From: a virus
Taxonomy: Duplodnaviria; Caudoviricetes
Strand: one strand, 5' to 3'
IMG/VR virus record: IMGVR_UViG_3300035141_000014
Span: 1 to 50,252 of that record
Length of the DNA: 50,252 nucleotides
Below, in pieces: positions 43,853-50,252 of this stretch (the first letter of the stretch is position 1; each line of letters opens with the position of its first letter). The notes beneath the pieces are model-generated. The model was not told where the DNA came from. It ran no database searches and worked only from the letters and a program-made list of their open reading frames with translations. The position numbers and the translations under genes were made by a program.

Positions 43853-44077
43853 ATGAAAACATTTAAAGACATAATTAAAAAAGATACTGTTAGACTTTAT
43901 AATTTTTCAACTGGTGAATTTGTAGAAGAATTAGTTATAAAAGGTTCGGTAAAGAGTAAAAAGAAAAACAAAGGGTATTTCCAAGCTTATAGTAGCAATA
44001 CTAAAAATACTTATACTTTTTATGCAAATTTATATGAAACAGAAGTTACACTGTGTAACTTTAAAATTAAAATTTAG
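43853..44077 (+). CDS. Hypothetical protein
   Basis: ORF in operon. Confidence 0.6.
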   Translation: MKTFKDIIKKDTVRLYNFSTGEFVEELVIKGSVKSKKKNKGYFQAYSSNTKNTYTFYANLYETEVTLCNFKIKI

Positions 44078-44089
44078 GAGAGTGATAAA

Positions 44090-44452
44090 ATGGAAGATTA
44101 TGTAATTTCATACGACTTAGCTGTAAAGTTAAAAGATTTAGGTATAGAATTTAAAAAATCTATGTTTGTATACGAAAATAAAATTTTAAAAAATAAAAGC
44201 AAACTTGATTACGAAAAAAATATATTACCTGCATTTATGACCGATGAAATTTTACAAATGTTGCCTAATAGGTTAGGAAATTATTATTTAACTACAGTAA
44301 GAACTATAAATAACGAATATGTAGTTTGTTATGAATTAAATCAGCATGTAAAAGGTAATATATTTGATACAAAACCATGTAACGCACTGGCTAAAATGTT
44401 AATATGGTTAATTGAGAACCGTTATGTAAAGGTAAGTGAGTTAAATGTATAG
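44090..44452 (+). CDS. Hypothetical phage protein
   Basis: SYDLAVKLKDLG...PAF...EIL..LP...ALAKMLIWLIEN pattern; RBS present. Confidence 0.7.
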   Translation: MEDYVISYDLAVKLKDLGIEFKKSMFVYENKILKNKSKLDYEKNILPAFMTDEILQMLPNRLGNYYLTTVRTINNEYVVCYELNQHVKGNIFDTKPCNALAKMLIWLIENRYVKVSELNV

Positions 44453-44522
44453 AAAAATTAAATTGTGGTTTATCAGCGTAATTAATAACATTTTTGAAAT
44501 AATTTGTAGATTGGAGGAATAG

Positions 44523-44693
44523 ATGTATAGAAAATGTATTAGAAAAGAAAAGTGTGGACACTTCAATGACTACAGATGTTGTATAGTTTGCGAAGAGAAA
44601 GAAAGTTGTTATTCTGTATGTGATAATGCAAAAAATAATGTGTGTTTGGAAGAGATCGAAAATATGAAAAAAACAAAAAAAGAGAAGCACTAG
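44523..44693 (+). CDS. Cys-rich small protein (56 aa, 8 Cys)
   Basis: GGAGG RBS; MYRKCIRKEKCGHFNDYRCCIVCEEKESCYSVCDNAKNNVC. Confidence 0.6.
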   Translation: MYRKCIRKEKCGHFNDYRCCIVCEEKESCYSVCDNAKNNVCLEEIENMKKTKKEKH

Positions 44694-44750
44694 TTACATA
44701 GAATAACTAGTGCCAAGGTTAGGGGGGCATATATGAAAGTATGCCAATCT
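44672..44750 (-). ncRNA. Candidate antisense-strand sRNA with C-rich segment
   Basis: Extended -10 TGgTATAAT, hairpin ggcata/tatgcc, C-run, terminator gcactagtta/taactagtgc plus U-rich tail. Confidence 0.45.
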
Positions 44751-44776
44751 AATTATACCACAGAAAGGAAAAAATA

Positions 44777-44980
44777 ATGAAAAAAATATGGAAAGATATA
44801 ATTTTATTTGTTGTAATATTTGCGATTGTAGTAGCTTTTAATATCTTAAGTAATGTTATTAAGCATGTAGTTATCCAGAAAACTTATACAAATATTATAT
44901 TTGATTTAATTTTGACAATAAGTTTGTTTTACAATATTATATTTTACAATAACGATAAAGGAGAAGATAAAAATGAATAA
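44777..44980 (+). CDS. Two-TM membrane protein
   Basis: Two hydrophobic segments. Confidence 0.6.
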   Translation: MKKIWKDIILFVVIFAIVVAFNILSNVIKHVVIQKTYTNIIFDLILTISLFYNIIFYNNDKGEDKNE

Positions 44981-45278
44981 GTTATATATAGTTATTTGCT
45001 TGTTATTCGTATTTGTTATGTGTGGACAAGTAAGTAACATAGAATCTGAAAGCAACAACAAAAATTATAATTATGAAAAAAATAGTGATAGAGAACTCGA
45101 AATGAATAGAAATGTGTGGCTAAATATGCCATATGCTTCTAAAGAAAAATTGTTAAAAAAAGTATATTATGAATATTATTATTCTAACAAAGATTTTTGT
45201 TTTACTATATATGACTATAATAGAAACGAATTAGGTCACATATATAAAGAAAAAATAACAATAAAAAAAATAAAATAG
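44973..45278 (+). CDS. Exported protein / possible lipoprotein
   Basis: MNKLYIVICLLFVFVMC-GQ signal-like N-terminus ending in Cys. Confidence 0.6.
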   Translation: MNKLYIVICLLFVFVMCGQVSNIESESNNKNYNYEKNSDRELEMNRNVWLNMPYASKEKLLKKVYYEYYYSNKDFCFTIYDYNRNELGHIYKEKITIKKIK

Positions 45279-45301
45279 AGGGTAATATACCCTCTATTTT
45301 A
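45272..45301. terminator. Bidirectional terminator
   Basis: aaaatagagggta-ata-taccctctatttt between convergent genes. Confidence 0.85.
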
Positions 45302-45490
45302 TTAATCTTTATCAGCTAAATCTAATAAAAAAGTTATTAATTCCGTTCCTTCTACCCATCCATTACCATCTCTATCTGCTCTTTCTGCTGCTTTAATAAT
45401 TTTATCAGCTAATTCCTGAGTATCTTCTACATTCAGTTTTACACTAGCTAATTTACCTATTTTACCTATCATTTTTAAAGCTGTTTTCAC
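45302..45490 (-). CDS. Small EF-hand protein
   Basis: Canonical 12-residue loop DRDGNGWVEGTE between two helices; GGAGG RBS, GTG start. Confidence 0.7.
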   Translation of the reverse strand: MKTALKMIGKIGKLASVKLNVEDTQELADKIIKAAERADRDGNGWVEGTELITFLLDLADKD

Positions 45491-45493
45491 TTT

Positions 45494-46009
45494 TCATACC
45501 TCCTCTGTTTTACATTCTTCAACTAATTTTTTTGCTATATTCAAACTTCTATTCCAAACTTGTCTATGCCATTTGCTATCTAAAGCTTCTATACTTGCTT
45601 GCGACCACTTACCTTGATTAATTAATGCAATTGTCTTTTTAAACTTGCTAAATCTAGGATAACCAAGGTTATATGCCATGCTAATTAAAGCGTTCTGTCT
45701 AATATGTGAAAAGTAATCAAAATTTGGAAATAATTTATAACAATCTTTTGTAGCTGTTTCTATATCTTCTCCTAACCAAGCTAATGCTCTTTCTATAGAA
45801 CAAGCTTCACCTTTTTTAATATTTCCAGTGTGACCTACTCCTAAAGTCCATACACTTTGAGTATCCTGGTAAGCTACACACATTATATCTTCTTCAAAAA
45901 TAATTTCTTTTTCAAGTTCTGTTAAATTTCTAAAATTATGCTCAATTAATTTTATTTTACTCTCTTTATTGCCTTCGATAGTAAACATTTTTAATTCAGC
46001 TCCTGTCAT
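45494..46009 (-). CDS. Endolysin, GH24 (T4-like) lysozyme
   Basis: E-x8-D-x5-T triad (EDIMCVAYQDTQSVWT), LGVGH, ALISMAYNLG, DSKWHRQV. Confidence 0.9.
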   Translation of the reverse strand: MTGAELKMFTIEGNKESKIKLIEHNFRNLTELEKEIIFEEDIMCVAYQDTQSVWTLGVGHTGNIKKGEACSIERALAWLGEDIETATKDCYKLFPNFDYFSHIRQNALISMAYNLGYPRFSKFKKTIALINQGKWSQASIEALDSKWHRQVWNRSLNIAKKLVEECKTEEV

Positions 46010-46012
46010 ATA

Positions 46013-46363
46013 TTACTCACCCTTTTCCATTTTTTCTTTTATCCACTCTTGATTTTTTTCTAATTTGTCAATTTTTACTATTATTTTGTCTATACTTATA
46101 GCAATCCTATTAATGCTATCTGCAAACTTTTCGTTAGTTTCTAACAATGTAAAATTAGATTTGTGTAATTCTGTGTTAGTATTCATAAGTTCTTCTATGT
46201 ATTTTCTATTTTCTAATTGTTGATTAGAAATCCTTTCATCTGCTTTTTTATCTTTTTTGTAAGAAAAATAAACCGTTACAAACCAAGCTATTACAAAAGC
46301 AACGTTTGTACCTTGTTGGAATATTTTTTCAATAACATTATTCGCTATCTGAGGGTCTATCAC
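46013..46363 (-). CDS. Holin-like protein (single TM plus coiled coil, BhlA/UviB style)
   Basis: QQG..AFVIAWFVTVYF then charged coiled coil; directly upstream of lysin. Confidence 0.7.
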   Translation of the reverse strand: MIDPQIANNVIEKIFQQGTNVAFVIAWFVTVYFSYKKDKKADERISNQQLENRKYIEELMNTNTELHKSNFTLLETNEKFADSINRIAISIDKIIVKIDKLEKNQEWIKEKMEKGE

Positions 46364-46664
46364 CTATATACACCCCCTCCGCGATCAATTTCTTTACAGT
46401 TGTTTCTCCTATACCATTAATTTCTGTAAGATCGTATAAGTTTATTTTTTTATTTTTTTTTACATAATCTATTATTTTTTTTGCTTTTTTATCTCCTATG
46501 CCATCTATTCTTCTAAGATTATCATAAGACAGCATAATTTTTTTAGTTCCAATATTGACAATTTGAACTTGCTGTTGCGGTTGTATAAGTTTTACAAGTA
46601 TGATCATTAACAAAATAATTGCAGCAATATAAAAACCAAATTTGTATTTTTCCCAATCTTTCAT
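46338..46664 (-). CDS. Membrane-anchored helix-hairpin-helix protein (ComEA-like)
   Basis: N-terminal TM; LRRIDGIGDKKAKKIIDY and DLTEINGIGETT HhH pair. Confidence 0.8.
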   Translation of the reverse strand: MKDWEKYKFGFYIAAIILLMIILVKLIQPQQQVQIVNIGTKKIMLSYDNLRRIDGIGDKKAKKIIDYVKKNKKINLYDLTEINGIGETTVKKLIAEGVYIGDRPSDSE

Positions 46665-46679
46665 ATATTCCCCCTTTAT

Positions 46680-47150
46680 TTATTTAAGTAAATCAAAATT
46701 GAGTAAAATTGTAATGCAATTACCAAATATAAGTATTTTTAATTGTGTATTATTATTTATGTATTTTTCATATCCTAAAAATCCTACCAAGCCTTTGTTA
46801 TTATCGTTAACAAAAGGTACGGTAAAATCTATATAACTATTTTCTTTGTATACCCTATTTACTTTTTTATATCCATTACTAACACCTATGCCGGATATAA
46901 ATTTTTTATAATGCAAGTTAACGGTAAATATATTTGTCGTATCGTTAAAACTATTTTCCATAGTTCCCAAGTAAATAGAAACATACTTGTTATAATATGC
47001 TTCTATTCCAATCAAACTATTGTTGTTATTATAATATTTATTGTTAGAAAAATGCCTTCTAGCCATTTCTGTAGATAACTGTAATTTTGGAGTAGCGTAT
47101 ATTATTGTAGAGATTATAAACATTAATACAAAACTACTCTTTTTCACCAT
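46680..47150 (-). CDS. Signal-peptide beta-barrel outer-membrane-like protein (PagP-like pattern)
   Basis: AAGGAG RBS before ATG 47150; signal peptide; RHF...NNNNSLIGIE...GTMENSF...GVSNGY; alternating strands and C-terminal aromatic. Confidence 0.55.
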   Translation of the reverse strand: MVKKSSFVLMFIISTIIYATPKLQLSTEMARRHFSNNKYYNNNNSLIGIEAYYNKYVSIYLGTMENSFNDTTNIFTVNLHYKKFISGIGVSNGYKKVNRVYKENSYIDFTVPFVNDNNKGLVGFLGYEKYINNNTQLKILIFGNCITILLNFDLLK

Positions 47151-47340
47151 TTTTACGCATCTCCTTGATTGCTTTCTCAGCGTTTTCAAGTTTTGCTTTA
47201 AGTTGTTTTATATCTAGTTCTTTATTTTGTATATTTTTTTGAACTTCATTTCTATAAAAATTCATAATAACTTCAGTACCTCTTGTTCTAGGAATATTAA
47301 AAGTTATCATCAAATCATCAAATATATCAACTTTTTCCAT
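47134..47340 (-). CDS. Hypothetical protein (C-terminal coiled coil)
   Basis: AGGGGG RBS; follows tail-tip gene. Confidence 0.6.
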   Translation of the reverse strand: MEKVDIFDDLMITFNIPRTRGTEVIMNFYRNEVQKNIQNKELDIKQLKAKLENAEKAIKEMRKNGEKE

Positions 47341-47355
47341 ATTGCCCCCTTATAT

Positions 47356-50079
47356 TTATATTATAGTTCCAATTAATTCTCTTACATTACTACCGTTTTG
47401 ATACCTTATTCCTTCAGTAGATTGATTATACCAAATATTTCCTATTATTGGTATAGTTGGTGCAGTAGTATCTAATCTTAATTTTTTAATTTGTACATAT
47501 CCGTAATTAGTTCCAGAAGTTACAGCTGAACAAGAAATTTCAGAATAACCACCTAGCGAATCAATATGACTTGATATTTCCAAAAAAGTTTGTTGAGAAG
47601 TGGCTAATGTTGTACCGGTTGCGGAATAAACTCTAAACTCAGAAACTGAAGTTGTTGCAGTATCAGAAGCAGTGTTTTCAAATAAAAAACCCCTTCCAAA
47701 AAATCCAGGATAATTCCTTTTTAGCATAGCTAAACCATCATTGTTATAACCATATAGTATATATCCTGTATTAAAATCTATGTATGAAGTTGGATCTCCT
47801 ATTTCACTTGTGTTTTCTAAAATGTAAACTCCTCTTTGCGTTTGAACTCCATTTTCGTACTTTAAATAGTTTCCATCCGTATCTCCAACTTGCCATTGTG
47901 CTGTAACACCACCAGGATATAGCGTAGTGTTAGTGTAATCCACATTAATTAACACTTGAGAACTACTTCCAGTTGGTTCGGCATAAATTCTAAATTTATC
48001 ATTTTTAATTTCTGCTGTTTGAGAATCAATTAATAAATTATTAGCTTTTATTTCTACACCATCTGTAGAATTAATTTTTAAATAATTATCACCAGTTATA
48101 AACTCATATTCTCCATCTTCAGATTGAAATAATACTTGTCCTGTGTCGGTATCTATTTTGAATATAGTATCTAGTGCATCATCTTTTGGAGTTACAGAGT
48201 ACAATCCGTTATTTCCATCATCGGTAACACCAGTTCCTATTAGTATTCCATCAGATATAAAATTTTTAGCTTTTACATTGTTTTGAAATTTATTTCCAGC
48301 ATTAGCTATTTTTGTCCATCTTCTGTTGTGTGTTCTTGGTATAATTGTACTTCCTGTAAGTGTAATTGTCAAACTCTTACCTGAAAAATCTATACTTTTG
48401 TTTATAGATTCTACATACAAATTTAGCGGCTGATCAGAAATTAATCTATCGTAAAATCTAACAGTATCAAAAAATCTAATTCTTGTAGGAGTGTAATTTA
48501 GTTCTAAGCTTACTTGACCGGTTACTGTTGATAAATCTTCTAGCACAGTTTGTGCTAATGTTTCTGCTTCTTCTTGTGTGTCTATAGCAGATGTGTTAGG
48601 CAAATCTATATAAGCTGTTTGTGTAGTTTCTAATGTACTGTTAGGATCGGTTTTAGTAACTGTTTGAGTAGTATTGTTTTCATCTACATACTTTACAACT
48701 ACTTTATCACGAACATTTTCATCGCTTGTAAGAATTTGAGTTGATTTTACTATATCTGAGCTTGTACATTCTAAAACTGGTGTTTCTGTAGTAGAACGCG
48801 GTGGGAATCGCATAACTAATGCTATGTCGTTAATTATACTGCTGTATTCTACACCTAAAAAGTAAGTAGATTGTGCCATATAATCTTGTATAATATTCCA
48901 TGCAGATTTCCCGGAAAGGTTGTCTTCTTTTGGAAGAACGTTAAATAATGGAGGGTCTTCTATTACAAGCTTGACTTCTTTGTTGAATGTATATACAGTC
49001 TTACCGCCTATTATATCTGTAGACTCTAATGTTAATGAAGTATCTTCCATTATTTCCTTAACTAATATGTCTAGTGTAACTGCACTAGAATAATCTCTAA
49101 TAGTGTCTTCTGGAGTATAGAATACTCTTAATGGTTTATCTTGTGCTGTAGCTATACAAGTTAATCCACTTCTTGTAGATGTAATTTTGTTACCTAACTT
49201 TCCTTTAAATTGTATTTCTGTAGAACCATTAATATAGGCGTATTGTATACCTATTACATCTCCTATTTGAAGATTAGAATTAGTAACAATTATTTTGTTA
49301 TCTGCACTCCCGGTTTTAAACAAACAATCAAACAAAGTCTTGTTATCTACATTTGTATTTGTAGAAAAATAAGGTGTAGCCGAACCTTTTATTAAGCTAT
49401 TTGTTAACGTATATTCTGTAGCACTTGTAATAGTAATTTCTTCTCTGTATAATAGCAAATCTCCGTAAGTTTCGTAATATTCTATGTACGCGTTCGCTTG
49501 TGCTAATGGAGATAAAGTACCGTTAAGATCGTTAATTTCATTTAATTTTGTAGTGTCATAGTATGCAAAAGTAACTTCTAGCCATTTATCTGTAGCGATA
49601 ACTTCATCAAAAATAAACTTGTCACCATTATGACTTATGCTTCCATCGTATGTAATTATTTCAATATTAATACTTCCGTTTTCTAATTCATAATTTTCTA
49701 TATTTTGTAAGTCAAAGTTTGTAAAAGTAGCAAGTGTATAGTTGTCATAATTTACAGTTCTGTTTTCTCCATATGTAATACAACCTATAGTATTGCTAAA
49801 AATATTGTTAAAAGGATAATTTATTTTGTTTGTTCCATTACCCTTTAATAATGCTTTTGCGTAACTATAAGCTCCATAGAAAACATTCGGATTAAAGTTT
49901 TTTTCAATACTATTGTTAAGTGTAAAAGTTAACTTTTGTTGTGAATTATCTATTCCTGTATCTAATATTCCATCTACATCTCCTGCGGAGACATTAATAT
50001 TTCTTAAGTAAGATGAGACATCCATATAGGTTGTCTCATCCTTATAAATTAATAGTTTTGGTTGTAATATTTCAGACAT
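47356..50079 (-). CDS. Large tail-tip/hub protein with C-terminal fibre-like region
   Basis: Likely ATG 50079; MDVSSYLRNINVSAG...LTFTLNN, QFKGKL, DENVRDKVVVKY, TQEEAETLAQ hub-like pattern. Confidence 0.75.
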   Translation of the reverse strand: MSEILQPKLLIYKDETTYMDVSSYLRNINVSAGDVDGILDTGIDNSQQKLTFTLNNSIEKNFNPNVFYGAYSYAKALLKGNGTNKINYPFNNIFSNTIGCITYGENRTVNYDNYTLATFTNFDLQNIENYELENGSINIEIITYDGSISHNGDKFIFDEVIATDKWLEVTFAYYDTTKLNEINDLNGTLSPLAQANAYIEYYETYGDLLLYREEITITSATEYTLTNSLIKGSATPYFSTNTNVDNKTLFDCLFKTGSADNKIIVTNSNLQIGDVIGIQYAYINGSTEIQFKGKLGNKITSTRSGLTCIATAQDKPLRVFYTPEDTIRDYSSAVTLDILVKEIMEDTSLTLESTDIIGGKTVYTFNKEVKLVIEDPPLFNVLPKEDNLSGKSAWNIIQDYMAQSTYFLGVEYSSIINDIALVMRFPPRSTTETPVLECTSSDIVKSTQILTSDENVRDKVVVKYVDENNTTQTVTKTDPNSTLETTQTAYIDLPNTSAIDTQEEAETLAQTVLEDLSTVTGQVSLELNYTPTRIRFFDTVRFYDRLISDQPLNLYVESINKSIDFSGKSLTITLTGSTIIPRTHNRRWTKIANAGNKFQNNVKAKNFISDGILIGTGVTDDGNNGLYSVTPKDDALDTIFKIDTDTGQVLFQSEDGEYEFITGDNYLKINSTDGVEIKANNLLIDSQTAEIKNDKFRIYAEPTGSSSQVLINVDYTNTTLYPGGVTAQWQVGDTDGNYLKYENGVQTQRGVYILENTSEIGDPTSYIDFNTGYILYGYNNDGLAMLKRNYPGFFGRGFLFENTASDTATTSVSEFRVYSATGTTLATSQQTFLEISSHIDSLGGYSEISCSAVTSGTNYGYVQIKKLRLDTTAPTIPIIGNIWYNQSTEGIRYQNGSNVRELIGTII

Positions 50080-50089
50080 ATTTACCACC

Positions 50090-50252
50090 TTATTTTATAA
50101 CACTTACATTGTTTGAAGCTAAATTGCTTACATATAATCTGTCGTTCGAAGGACTATACGCTATTCCAATCGGTGTGGTTGCTACAGTTATTGTTGTATC
50201 TACTGTATTTGTATTTGGATTTATAACACTTACATTGTTTGATCCACTATTG
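50090..50252 (-). CDS. YVTN repeat protein, 3' part (continuation of 474..1 across the origin; stop TAA at 50092-50090)
   Basis: In-frame continuation ...YVSNLASNNVSVIK*. Confidence 0.8.
   Translation of the reverse strand, partial: NSGSNNVSVINPNTNTVDTTITVATTPIGIAYSPSNDRLYVSNLASNNVSVIK
50126..50252. repeat. Terminal direct repeat, right copy
   Basis: Identical to 1..127. Confidence 0.95.

Noticed and set aside
1-50252. Alternative genetic code (stop-codon reassignment)
   Set aside because: Core genes are full length in the standard code and TAA, TAG and TGA all terminate genes

Overview
This window is most likely a complete, circularly permuted, AT-rich tailed dsDNA phage genome of about 50,125 bp with a siphovirus-like (HK97-fold head, non-contractile tail) gene set. 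Bases 1-127 are identical to 50126-50252, consistent with an assembler overlap. The minus strand carries TerS/TerL, a portal-MuF fusion, protease, major capsid protein, neck proteins, three tandem tail-tube paralogues, tail chaperones with a GGGTTTA -1 frameshift, tape measure protein, a YVTN-repeat protein spanning the origin, a large tail-tip protein and a lysis cassette (holin-like, GH24 lysozyme, EF-hand peptide, HhH protein, outer-membrane beta-barrel-like protein). A divergent early region at about 29.6 kb drives two operons. There are two iteron-bearing replication initiators, DnaB, ERF, Gp157, RecU, an adenine methyltransferase and several Rha/KilA-type regulators. I found no integrase, tRNA or CRISPR array. 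The standout is 30836..31627, whose motifs match from recall the NrN DHH phosphodiesterase that degrades the SAM-AMP second messenger of CorA-linked type III CRISPR systems; in an early phage operon it is a candidate anti-CRISPR. The genome also has a dense predicted RNA-regulatory layer (C4-like leaders, several promoter-hairpin-terminator sRNA units, a type I TA-like pair). All family assignments come from motif recognition by eye; no database search was run.
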